From contig CAZMID010000003.1 in the NCBI GenBank assembly GCA_964566255.1, forward strand, positions 5,145-69,144: a stretch of 64,000 bases of DNA, given 5' to 3'. Positions 40,677-51,600 of this stretch are shown here, piece after piece. Position 1 is the stretch's first letter, and each line of letters starts with the position of its first letter. The translations under genes and the position numbers were made by a program. The DNA comes from an uncultured Planctomycetia bacterium (lineage in GTDB: Bacteria; Omnitrophota; Gorgyraeia; Gorgyraeales; Gorgyraeaceae). A model generated the notes under the pieces. The model saw only the letters and a list, made by a program, of their open reading frames with translations, did not search any database and was not told the DNA's origin.

Positions 40677-41521
40677 CCGACAAGTGCTCCCGCTGTTATA
40701 CCCTTAATGATATGTTTCTGCATCAATAGGTAGATTAAAATTATAGGTAGTACTGTTATGGTAATCCCTGCCATAAGAAGTGGGTATTCTGTAATATGCG
40801 TACCTTGGAATATCATAAGACCTCTTTGAAGAGGCATCAAAGACTTACTGGAAAATATAAGTGTTGCCAATATATATTCATTCCATACATTCAAGGTATT
40901 AAATATTACTATTACTGCTATTGCAGGTTTGGCTAAAGGTAAAGCTACGTTCCTCCAGATACCGAGTTTTGAACAGCCATCTATTCTAGCAGCATCTTCT
41001 AAGACAGGTGGCATTCTGTCAAAAAATGTCTTAAGTAAATAAATACTGAAAGAAAGCCCTACATTTATCATGCACAATATATAACCTATCCTAGTATTTA
41101 CTAGATGAAGTCTTGTCATTAATACATATAAAGGAACAAAGCTTCCTGGAAGAGGTATCATCATAGCTGCAAGGAACATATAAAAAAGAATATTCTTCCC
41201 TGGAAACTTCAGCCTTGAAAATGCAAATGCAGCTAAAGAAGATACGATTACTATTCCAAATACAACTGTTACAGTGTAAATAACGCTATTAAAAAAATAC
41301 ATCCCAAATCCGCCCTTTGTCCATGCATGGTAAAAATTGATCCACATAGGATTTTTAGGGATTATGCTCATATCTGAAAATACAGTCTCTTGTGTTTTAA
41401 GCGCAGAACCAACCATCCATAATAAAGGAAAAAGGCAACTCGCAGCCACTGTCATAAGAAATATATGTATCAGCGAACTCTTAAAAAACTTTTCTATTTT
41501 ATACCTTGAAACATTTATCAT
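40673..41521 (-). CDS. carbohydrate ABC transporter permease (MalG-like)
   Basis: LEDAARIDG EAA loop, WNEY. Confidence 0.95.
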   Translation of the reverse strand: MINVSRYKIEKFFKSSLIHIFLMTVAASCLFPLLWMVGSALKTQETVFSDMSIIPKNPMWINFYHAWTKGGFGMYFFNSVIYTVTVVFGIVIVSSLAAFAFSRLKFPGKNILFYMFLAAMMIPLPGSFVPLYVLMTRLHLVNTRIGYILCMINVGLSFSIYLLKTFFDRMPPVLEDAARIDGCSKLGIWRNVALPLAKPAIAVIVIFNTLNVWNEYILATLIFSSKSLMPLQRGLMIFQGTHITEYPLLMAGITITVLPIILIYLLMQKHIIKGITAGALVG

Positions 41522-41525
41522 AGAA

Positions 41526-42404
41526 TTATCCTTTATGCATATGTTTTGATATTCTAATCTGGATAAATGATACAGCTAAAAGTATTGCACCGAATATAAT
41601 ACCCTGACTACATGCGTATCCAAACCTAGACGAACCTACCATAGAAGCTAAAATCCTTGTTACAGGGACCTCTGTATGATATCCAGGCCCTCCTCCTGTC
41701 ATAGAAAGTATTAATACAAATACCTGCATTGTTCCTAGTATCGTTAATATTGATACCAAGATAAATACTGGTATCATTAAAGGAACAGTAACTTTTTTAA
41801 AAGTCTGCCATGAATTTGCCCCGTCCACTCTGGCAGCTTCATAAAGCTGTCTCGGTATCATCTGAAGTCCTGCCAGGAATATAATAAACCCCCATCCAAA
41901 ACCCTTCCAGCTATGAATAATAGCCACGCACGTAAGGGCAGTATTAGGATCTGAAAGCCAATCCCTTACTAAACGGCCCAATCCTATATTCTGAAGCCAG
42001 TAATTTAAAAGACCATAATTTCCATCATATATCCATCTCCACACAAGCCCGACTACTATTTCAGAAAGGACAGGCGGCAGATAAAATATCACTCTATAGA
42101 TATTTCCGCCTTTTATATCCCGGTCGCACGCCCAGGCAAGTGCAAGTGCTAAGGCATTCTGAAACGTAAGCGCTATAAGGGTGATGTATCCTGCATTGCC
42201 CATTGCCTGCCACCAGACCCTATCTTGGAACAATAGTTCCTTGAAGTTCCTTAAGCCCACAAAGATCTTGGTCGGCAGTATCCCATCCCAGTGATACATG
42301 GAAAGTTTCAGCACCCAGAACAAAGGAACAGTATAAAATATACTAAAGATCAATACCGCTGGCAGAACAAAACTATAATTTTCGAGCGTATCTTTTAACT
42401 TCAT
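41526..42404 (-). CDS. carbohydrate ABC transporter permease (MalF-like)
   Basis: FVGLRNF, LYEAARVDGA, MTGGGP. Confidence 0.95.
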   Translation of the reverse strand: MKLKDTLENYSFVLPAVLIFSIFYTVPLFWVLKLSMYHWDGILPTKIFVGLRNFKELLFQDRVWWQAMGNAGYITLIALTFQNALALALAWACDRDIKGGNIYRVIFYLPPVLSEIVVGLVWRWIYDGNYGLLNYWLQNIGLGRLVRDWLSDPNTALTCVAIIHSWKGFGWGFIIFLAGLQMIPRQLYEAARVDGANSWQTFKKVTVPLMIPVFILVSILTILGTMQVFVLILSMTGGGPGYHTEVPVTRILASMVGSSRFGYACSQGIIFGAILLAVSFIQIRISKHMHKG

Positions 42405-42408
42405 TTAA

Positions 42409-43878
42409 TTAAGCTTTTCGTCTTTGGTCTCTGCGTCTTTCTTCTCTTCGTTTTTCAACCTGCACACGAATATCACAGGCTTTAGCTTCGGTGATCGAGA
42501 AGGTCATAATAATAAAGATTGCCGCAAGAGAAGTTACAATCGGGATGCCAATATCAAAGAGCCGCATCTTCAATAAAGTACTAGCTGATTGATTAAGGCC
42601 CAACTCAACTTTGAAACCGCTGGCATTAAGTAGAAATCCAGATATCAAGGATGTAGCTGCAAGACCAAGTTTCACCATCCACCAGTAAATCGCCCCATAC
42701 ATCCCTTCCCTGCGTGTACCAGTATGTAGTTCATCCAAATCGCAAACATCGGCCACCATTGAATTAATCAGTGTAAAAAGCGACCCCAAACCGAATGCAA
42801 TAAAGGGAGCAGCTATCAGCAGCGAATATGGCTGATCAGGATTATAGCCGATCCATTTCAAGGCATAACCAATAATGGAAAGCGATATAGCAATTAAAAA
42901 AGTCTTACGTTTACCGATCTTGGTCGAGATCCATGTAATCAAAAAGATTACGCAAAAAGTACAAACTGAACTGATTGATCCAAACCAACCAAGCAATGTC
43001 CCGCCGTTTGAATAGGCAGCGTCAAGTGTCTCGGAGCCGCCAAAAACATAGAAGAAGATAACATAGGCAGAGAATGCCGAAGCCAACATAAACCCATTAA
43101 AGATCAGAAATGTCGCAGCACACAGTTTGACAAACGGTTTACATTTAAAGGTAATACTTACCCCCTTAAGAAAGTCCTTTAGGGTATTTAGGCGCCCCTT
43201 TTCTCTCTTAGGCTTGGGTAGGTCAGCAAAATGCTCCTTATTGAATATCGCCGGCAAAATACCGCCGATGATGATAAAGCCTCCTATAAATATTGCAAGG
43301 ACTCTTGCTCCAGAAACAAGATCAGGAAAGAGGCTCTTATTGTTCATGATCTTGAAGAACCAAGGAGCGATTACCCAGGCAATCTGGGCGACAAAGTTAC
43401 TCACTCCTTGCAGACGTGTACGTTCGTGATAATCAGGTGTCATTTCATAACCGAGTGCAATCCAAGGAATAGAGTAACAGGTAAACCCAACGAAAAAGAG
43501 GATCTGGATCCCTAAGAAATAAAGCACATAGAATATTTCTGGATGACCAGTATATAATTGGAAAAGTAGGGCATATAAGACTCCTGCCAAAATTGCTCCA
43601 AAGAATATAAAAGGCCTGCGGCGCCCCCATCGGGTGCGGATATTATCTGAACTGTAGCCGACGATCGGATCTAGTATCGCATCAACAATACGGGGAATAA
43701 ATCCGACAAGGCCAACTAATGCAGGATTCACACCTAATCCGAGGTTTAAAACAATGACCATCGCTCCAATGGCTGCAGCCTGAAGGCTATTGACTAAAGC
43801 TCCAATACTGTATATTGCTTTTTGAAAAATAGGAATGCGATCTTTAGAGGCTGTCACGTGGTGTTTTGATTGGTCCAT
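42409..43878 (-). CDS. MFS glycoside-pentoside-hexuronide (MelB/GPH) symporter
   Basis: DAILDP..G..SD..RTRWGRRRPF, EMTPDYHERT, ADVCD, TGTRREG. Confidence 0.93.
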   Translation of the reverse strand: MDQSKHHVTASKDRIPIFQKAIYSIGALVNSLQAAAIGAMVIVLNLGLGVNPALVGLVGFIPRIVDAILDPIVGYSSDNIRTRWGRRRPFIFFGAILAGVLYALLFQLYTGHPEIFYVLYFLGIQILFFVGFTCYSIPWIALGYEMTPDYHERTRLQGVSNFVAQIAWVIAPWFFKIMNNKSLFPDLVSGARVLAIFIGGFIIIGGILPAIFNKEHFADLPKPKREKGRLNTLKDFLKGVSITFKCKPFVKLCAATFLIFNGFMLASAFSAYVIFFYVFGGSETLDAAYSNGGTLLGWFGSISSVCTFCVIFLITWISTKIGKRKTFLIAISLSIIGYALKWIGYNPDQPYSLLIAAPFIAFGLGSLFTLINSMVADVCDLDELHTGTRREGMYGAIYWWMVKLGLAATSLISGFLLNASGFKVELGLNQSASTLLKMRLFDIGIPIVTSLAAIFIIMTFSITEAKACDIRVQVEKRREERRRDQRRKA

Positions 43879-45227
43879 TAATTGCTCCTTTCGGATTTAT
43901 ATATTTTTTGTTGGCGCGACAATTCTCTTTCTTTAACCGCTTGGGTTTCGGCCGCTACTTGCTCTGGGGTCTTCTCACCCAGTATGATCGACTGGATCCC
44001 CCTGGTGTAAGTCTCAATTACCATTAAAAACTCTGATACATCCCAGGCATTAGGATGAGTGGCGTAATCCATACCCGAGATAAACTCCTGATTGATCTTA
44101 GACATATTTATGGCAGACTCTCTGTTTGCCGGCAGGTTCTTTGTTTCTCTTAATAGAAATGTCTGCTGCACGTCATCTGTAAGCCACTTTAGAAATTCAA
44201 CTGTCTCTTGAATTTTTTTAGAATTATTATTCACTATAAAACTAGATCCCGCACCTCCCCAGATCATCATTGAAAACTTATTTGAAGCCCTTGGAGGAAG
44301 CATTGTACCATAATTTAGTCCTGGGTTCATGCTTTTATATACATTAACACACCATGAACCATTAAATGCAAAGGCTGCTCTATTATTTGCAAAAAGCTGC
44401 TCTGCAGTCTTATTCACCATGGTTACAACACCAGTTGCAAGGACTTTTTCATCTCGCATCTGGCGGAATAGATCAAAGACCTTTATCCAATCAGGATCTG
44501 TATAAGGCACCTTTCCACGTATAGTATTTAATACCTTCTTTTCACCCATTATATTAAACGCATAGTTAGAGACCATGCAATCTATCATCCATATTTCTCC
44601 CCATCCACTTACTAGGCCTTGAATACCTTTTGCTTGAAGAAGTCTATTTAATTCTAAGAATTCATCCCATGTAACAGGAACCTCAGAAGAATCCCAGCCT
44701 ACTTTTTCCAATAAATCTTTATTGTACAACATCTGGATATTCGTAACATCTATAGGAACTCCATATATACCCGGTTCTACTTCAAAGGAATTCTTTCTTT
44801 TAAACACATTTACAGCCAAGGCCTTTTCAAATATCTTTTTCTTCCAGCTGGAATTATTTTCTTTCATGCTAGATGTAAGATTATAGATATGCCCTGCTTT
44901 TATAAAACTTGCAAAGTCTTTTTTTTCTCCGAGGATTCCAAATACATCAGGTAGGGTGTTTGTTTGTGCAGCTGCGCGTATCTTCTGGGTATATGCATTA
45001 GAAGGTGCATAAAGTTCAAAATTTATTTTTATTCCTGATTCAATTTCATATCTTTTGGCGAGTTCTAATAAAGCGTCTTCTCTATCACTCATCCAGTGCC
45101 AAATAGTTACAACGTCATCTTGAGAAGTTTTCTGAGAGGAACAGCTTACTAAAAAAACACTTAAAAAAACGGTAAACGAACAAATGATAAAAAAAAGATG
45201 AAATTTCCTATAACGATCATTCATCAC
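43878..45227 (-). CDS. sugar ABC transporter solute-binding lipoprotein
   Basis: lipobox LVSC; TIWHW, LPDVF, YNKDLL, PVTWDEF, FNGSW. Confidence 0.92.
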   Translation of the reverse strand: MMNDRYRKFHLFFIICSFTVFLSVFLVSCSSQKTSQDDVVTIWHWMSDREDALLELAKRYEIESGIKINFELYAPSNAYTQKIRAAAQTNTLPDVFGILGEKKDFASFIKAGHIYNLTSSMKENNSSWKKKIFEKALAVNVFKRKNSFEVEPGIYGVPIDVTNIQMLYNKDLLEKVGWDSSEVPVTWDEFLELNRLLQAKGIQGLVSGWGEIWMIDCMVSNYAFNIMGEKKVLNTIRGKVPYTDPDWIKVFDLFRQMRDEKVLATGVVTMVNKTAEQLFANNRAAFAFNGSWCVNVYKSMNPGLNYGTMLPPRASNKFSMMIWGGAGSSFIVNNNSKKIQETVEFLKWLTDDVQQTFLLRETKNLPANRESAINMSKINQEFISGMDYATHPNAWDVSEFLMVIETYTRGIQSIILGEKTPEQVAAETQAVKERELSRQQKIYKSERSN

Positions 45228-45263
45228 TTTACTACTCCTTATTCTGAAAACTTTGTATTTTTA

Positions 45264-45599
45264 TCAATTGGCCACAAAAAGTCTATTTACGTCCTTACTA
45301 AACTCTACTGCAATGCCATCTTCTTCTACCCTTATTACAGTAGCATCACCTATAAGCCGAGAAAAAGGAAAGTCTCTTGCATCTTCTCTTGGTACTGATA
45401 GAGATATATGAATGGTATCTTCTGGCTTAATACTTTTTATCTTTATATCTACTATATATGCCCCATTATAACTCACATCACCTGTAGCACCAGAAAACAC
45501 CTCTTCCTTCCCGCTTGAGGAAGTACGCTTGAGTTTCGCAGGAATAGACAGGTCTAATCGTTTGAATTTCCTCTTTTCTGTAAAATCGCCTGTCTTCAT
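45264..45599 (-). CDS. PilZ domain protein (c-di-GMP receptor)
   Basis: EKRKFKR (RxxxR) and DVSYNG (DxSxxG); ATG 45599 preceded by AAGGAGGTG (track start 45620). Confidence 0.88.
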   Translation of the reverse strand: MKTGDFTEKRKFKRLDLSIPAKLKRTSSSGKEEVFSGATGDVSYNGAYIVDIKIKSIKPEDTIHISLSVPREDARDFPFSRLIGDATVIRVEEDGIAVEFSKDVNRLFVAN

Positions 45600-45631
45600 T
45601 TTCACCTCCTTTTGTGGCATTGTCCTTTTTG

Positions 45632-45660
45632 ATTATACCACAACATCTTAGATAATTAAA
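45632..45660 (-). promoter_or_regulatory. extended -10 promoter for the PilZ-sugar transport-GH operon
   Basis: TG-G-TATAAT at 45640-45632; weak -35. Confidence 0.5.
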
Positions 45661-45677
45661 GGTTTTTTTTAAGTTTT

Positions 45678-48600
45678 TTATAAACTAGCTCCTATTGTCC
45701 TAGGTTGTCTCTTAAATGTCATATTACCTGTGTCACTATAAATAGGCACATTCATCCTTTCTTCATGCAAGTCTTCAGCATCATATTCAGTTTCTGTCAA
45801 AAGATCTATTGGCAATTTAATTGTAATCTTTACATCACTATCACTACTATTAAAATTTGGCTTTCCAATGAAATCTTTCTTAAGTGCTGTAGCTCTTGAA
45901 GATAGTATTGATATAAAAGAAGATATTGCATTATTGGGTCTATTTAATCCTATTATAGAAGTAGTGATTGTAATAATGTCTTCCTTGCGTTCCGTACTTA
46001 TAGATAAAATTCCTTTTTCATTGACAATATTAGCAATGCCTTTTAAAAACATACAAATATCTTCAGATATATCAATATTATCTACATCTATTAAACCCAC
46101 TTTTTCATCTAGTGTTGTTTTTACTGTAAGCTGCGGATATAAGCTTTTTAAACCCTGCAATTCCAGTAGAAGGTCTCGATTTATACCGCTTTCTTTTTTC
46201 ATGAGTTCTCCTATATCTAGACCTTTCGCCATAGGTCTAATAGTCTTAGAAGGACCATATAATCTCTCTAAAACACCCTGAATATGTGCGGCAAAACTAT
46301 TTCCATTATTAAAGCTAGGATCTGTGTCATCTAAAACTTCTGAGAACGCTTCTGCCAACATCTGATCACGTAAATCATCTTCAAATCCATCATTATCTAC
46401 ATAGTCATCTTGACCATTATTTGAATCTTCAATCTTATACAGACTATCATCTACCATTCTATCAAAAAGAAAACTATCATTCCCATACTCAATATCTTTA
46501 AGTCCTATTGTCAGCAACAAATCTAGCTTAAATCCTCCTGCATTAATTATGGATGTTACGACTAAACGTTCTGCCTCAAAAAGAATCTGTGCTGGCGTAC
46601 CTTGGATATGGCTTTCGGTATATTTTGATAGTCTTAATCCAAGACTGTTAGATAGACGCTTTCTTTTGTTAGATGGTATATGATATTTGTACTTTTCTAT
46701 TAACTTTTCTATGACTGTCTTGTAATCCCTTGAGACGGCCAAGAATGTAAGAGATACATTGCCTGATTCAAGACATCTCTCTTGTATTAAACGAGCTATC
46801 TTTTTATGTAATTCATCATTACTGTTTAGCAATTTTCTTAAACCGACTATTTTATGTGGTCTGAATTTCGAATTATCCTCGGTCAAAAGTACTATCTTGG
46901 CATTGGGATTTCCATCTTGCCAATCTTTAAGACGCATTACAACCCAGGGAATGCCATTTTTTGTCCACAATACAACTCTTTCCCTTTTGAATATTTTGAC
47001 ATAATAGTGCTTTTTCTTAAAAGACTTGACATAACGTATGTAACCACTCTTTTTTAGAGGTTCACTGTATTCTATACGTATATTTCCTTTCGTAATCTTC
47101 TTGATTTCAGAAAATTCCGGCATAACCTCATTATAGGTAAACACTATTTTGCCTTCATCGTTGTAAATCCGATTGTATTCATACATCTTACAATAGCCTC
47201 TTCTTTTAATATAATCATCAAGCTTGGCGTATTTAAGAAGATAAAATTTTTCTTCAATATTTCCATCTTTTTCTTCGTTTACCTTTACAAACCATGCCAC
47301 TGTCTCTGTTCCTGGTGAAAAATCCTCATCTACTATATAATCGTCGTTAAAAAAGAATATCGCTCTCCTGTTATCTCCAACTTTCAACCCTCTAACTCTG
47401 ATTATACTCCTATTAGTAAGCTTTTTAAATTTTGAACTAATTTTTCCGCGAGCCTGGGTAGAAAAACTACCTATAAATTCATCTTTATCCTCAAGTTCTA
47501 CATCTACAGTTACAAACTCATCCTTTTTGGCTTCTGGATTTAATATTGAAGAAATACCAAAGGCCCCTGTCACATAGTTATCTTTGCCCTTGCGCCACAA
47601 TATTAAATTATCCTTTTTAAAGGAAGACACATATGCTTTTATATAGAAAAAATTGCCACCTTCATCTGTGGTGCCTCCTATTACTATATAAGTATCAGTT
47701 AATTCTATTTTTCTGTTCTTATGTGGAAATGTCTCATGTAGATCTCCTGCTTCATTAAAAATTTCTTCATATACTTTCTTTCCTCTTCCATCTATATCTG
47801 AAACAAATCTTATTACATCTCGCACATTCTTAGTCTTTCCTTCTCCAATTTTAATCCTTTGTATTAAAATACGCGTTTTTTCGCCAGGAGTACGAACTAT
47901 CCAACTAGTATCTCCATTTAACGAAAATTTCATCTTACGGCCTCCTGGTATTTTTCGACCCTCAACAAGTACCAAACCATGCTCCTCTAATAAGCTATCT
48001 AAAAATTCGTAAAAATCATTATTATTTATAGAACCTTCCCATTTATCCAAAAACTTCCCTGTCCTATAATCTACAAAGGCAATATTGTCTTCCTCAACGA
48101 TCTTTTTTCTTTTCTCGATATCTTTTTGGTCGGGTTCATCTAAAAAGCTTCCTTGTGGAATATCTGAAATCTCTATATCTAGTTCTGAAGATAACGTTAA
48201 AAGCGCTTGTCTTGCCTCTTCTGCTACCTCCAAGTTAACTCCTTCCATAAGCTTCTTTAAATGAGGAATAAATCTTCTGTCTTTTAGCTCAGTTACTTTT
48301 TGAATCAATTTTTCCATGGCTTTAGTAATTAGCGGATTTAAGCTGTTTATTAGGAACTTAAATTCATTGATTCTAGCTATGTACTTCTCTATTTCATCAG
48401 TTCCAGAAACATCTGGTTTTCTAATTACTGTTTTGCCTACAAATGCTGTCTGCGGTAATGCTGAACTATTAAACTCTTCTGAAATATTACTAGCTCCAAA
48501 TATAAAATAGCTTCTACTTTCTACCTCATTACGGATGTGTTTTGGTATTGAGTCCAATATTTCTTTTTCTCTTTTTTCCTTCCTTGCCTTATTTAGTGCT

Positions 48601-51600
48601 ATAGCCCAATGTACAATTGCCTTATTAAGATTTTTTTCATCAATACCGCTTTTCGTATAATAAATACTACCAAGTTTATAATATGCATCTACAGCATTAG
48701 ATTTTGATTTTATAGCCTCTTCTAGTGCTCCAATTGCCTTAGAGAAACTCTTTAACTCTTTGCAATCTATTGCATAATATGCACAGCCAAGATTATACCA
48801 AGCTTCTCCATATTTTTTATTGAGATTGGTTACTCGTTCAAGAATCCTAGCTGCCTCTTCAAATCTACATTTCTCTAAATAGACTCTTCCTATATTATTA
48901 AGTAACATCGGCATATACCCGTTCTTACTAGATTCATAATAATATCCTGCAACTCTTTCCTGCGTAATCTCAAAAACTTTCTCTTTATCTATTCCAGCTA
49001 GGTTCAAAAGCATATAAAATAGCTGAGCATTGGCAGCTAATAAAAGGTCTTTTTCTACTTTTTGCTTTTTAGTTTCATCGGATAGGCCCACACTTTGTAA
49101 TAACTCAAATATATCTTCATCCTTATCTATCAATGCATTTACCAAATGCCTTATAACAGGTTTTGGCTGGCCATTAGATAAATAATCATTTTCTTGTATT
49201 GATAACCAAAGATCATTAGGAAACTTTCTTAATAGATCATAATCACTTGCTCCTGAACTTTTTACTAAACTATAAAAATCTATATCTTTATCTTTGAATA
49301 ACTCTTCTACAATTAGCTCTGCCTTACCCTCAGAACAACCTAGATATTTTCTGAAAAAATCTTTCATGTATTCCTTCTGTTGATCTTCAGATTTATAAAC
49401 TACAGATTGATGGCTGAATGGATTTATTTTATATATTATTGAACTACAAGAAATAGATAGTAACAATAGAAAACTAATCATCATAGAAAAGATAGGATTT
49501 AAACCACCAATCCCTGCATATATAACATCAGGGAGATTATTTATAGGACTGGCTGCCTGAAACCACTGAAGGATAAATTGTATAGCTTCAGGAGATTTAA
49601 AACCTATAATTAAACCTACTATTATTAGTGGAATAATGGAACTTCTTAGTATCACTGAATTAGAAATAGTGGATTGCTTGAGAGATTTAGACCTTGATGT
49701 ATCAGCTTTATACGGCCTCTCAGGCGCTCCCATTAATTTTCTTAATTTCAAAAGTGCTTTTTCTTTAATTTGTCCTATCTTGTCTACTTCAAGCTCAAGG
49801 TCTAAGGCAATATCCTCCAAAGGCCTCTCTTGGATAATCGAATAGATAAGAATCTCCCTTTCTAATGGTGATAACTGCAATAACGCTGACTCTAATTTTT
49901 CCTCTCTATCTATCTTATCCAATAACTGGTCTTCCAGTTCTAATGAATCTGGATCAGTAATAAAGTTTTCAAGGCTCTCTGAATCTGAGTCAGATTCACG
50001 ATATTTAAAATTGCTTAAATAGACTGGATGTTCCTGACTCAATAATCCTATTACATATTCTCTAACTGTCTGAGGCCTAACTCCCATATATTCAGCTAAT
50101 CTTTCGATGTCTTTTTCAAATATTTCTGCCACACTATATATTTTTAAACTATTCATAGCCCTCTTTAGCTTCTTTATCTTACCCTGCATATGCGGTGGGA
50201 GCGGCATTGGTTTTTTAAGGCGGATATACTCTAAACATGCTGTTCTAATAAAATGTGGGGTATATGAGCTAAACCTCCCATATTGACTATAACGCAATCT
50301 GGTCTTTTGGGCTGCATCATATAAGGCAACTACCCCTGCATTTACCATATCTTTGAAGTCATGTTTATAATTTAAATAGGGACTACCATACCATTTTATA
50401 TATTGCTTAGCTATAATATTCGCTATATATAAATGACTTTCTATAAGTATGCGATTTGCTTCTTTTCCTAAATTCTCTGCCCTTTCATCATCTGACTTGA
50501 GATTGGCGTTTAATATCAAAATAATAAGCGCTTCCTCTTCCTCGATGCTTAATTTATGGTTATCTTCGTAATGCCAAATCTCTCCTATACCTTTTTTCTT
50601 ATAATCCTCAAATATAACCTCTGCCTTATCTACCTGCTGTCTTGTCGGGCCATAATGAACCAATATATACCTTTCTGGATCTCTTGCCTCAAAAATTCCC
50701 TTAAAACCCCTCCTATTAACATCAGGGTATTCTTTTAATAAAGCCTGTATTGCTTCATACGAAAATCCGCGCAATAGGCCTTTCCTCACTAACTGTGATC
50801 TAAATCCCAATAAATTATAAAGCTTGTTAATCTCTTCTTCTAAGGATGTAGCTAAACTATCAAAATCAAAACTGTCTTCAAAATCTTCATAGTCATCATC
50901 TAGAAGCAGCCTAGATTGGGTCTCAGTCAAGATATTATTTCTTGCCATCCTTTTAATTTTAGGATTACGTTCCTTTTCTTTCCAGGTAAATAAAAGATTA
51001 ACAAAATCATCAATAAAGCGTTCTGACGTAAAACCATCTAGGTTATATAATGTCTTTTTCAGCCGTTCATTTAAACATGCCTTAAGGGACTGCTTAATCC
51101 CTTTTGTTAAGACCTTTTTCCTCTTGGCCAATTTTGCCAATAACATAGTTTCGTACCTATAAGTAACATTTTTATTCCAAATGTTCGTAAAATCATCCTT
51201 CAGTGCCTGTAGGCTTTTTCTAGAATCTAGTATTATCCCTGAGGCCTCTTGCACTTTTAGATCATGATATATCGGCCTATACCCAAATTGACTTTCTGAA
51301 TCAAGAGTGCAAAGGACTGCTTTCTGGATCCAGTATTTTGTGTTTTTAGCAAATTGATCTAACTTCATTGAAAATCTAAAGCTTTTCAATTCTTCCAACT
51401 CTTCCAATAAAGCCTTTATTTCTTCTAATGTCATTGCGCTATCAATAGAATCCCTAAAAGAATCTATCTGTTCTCTAAACTCACTAACTTCTATCTCTTT
51501 TCTCATAAGTAAACCCTGATACGCTTCTGCTATTTCTTTTATTTTTTTATTTATTTCTACCTCATCCAGATTAGATTCAATAAATAAATGGAAGGTAATT

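Noticed and set aside
45655-45680. T-rich tract after the giant gene as an intrinsic terminator
   Set aside because: No convincing GC stem, and the tract is A-rich on the coding strand
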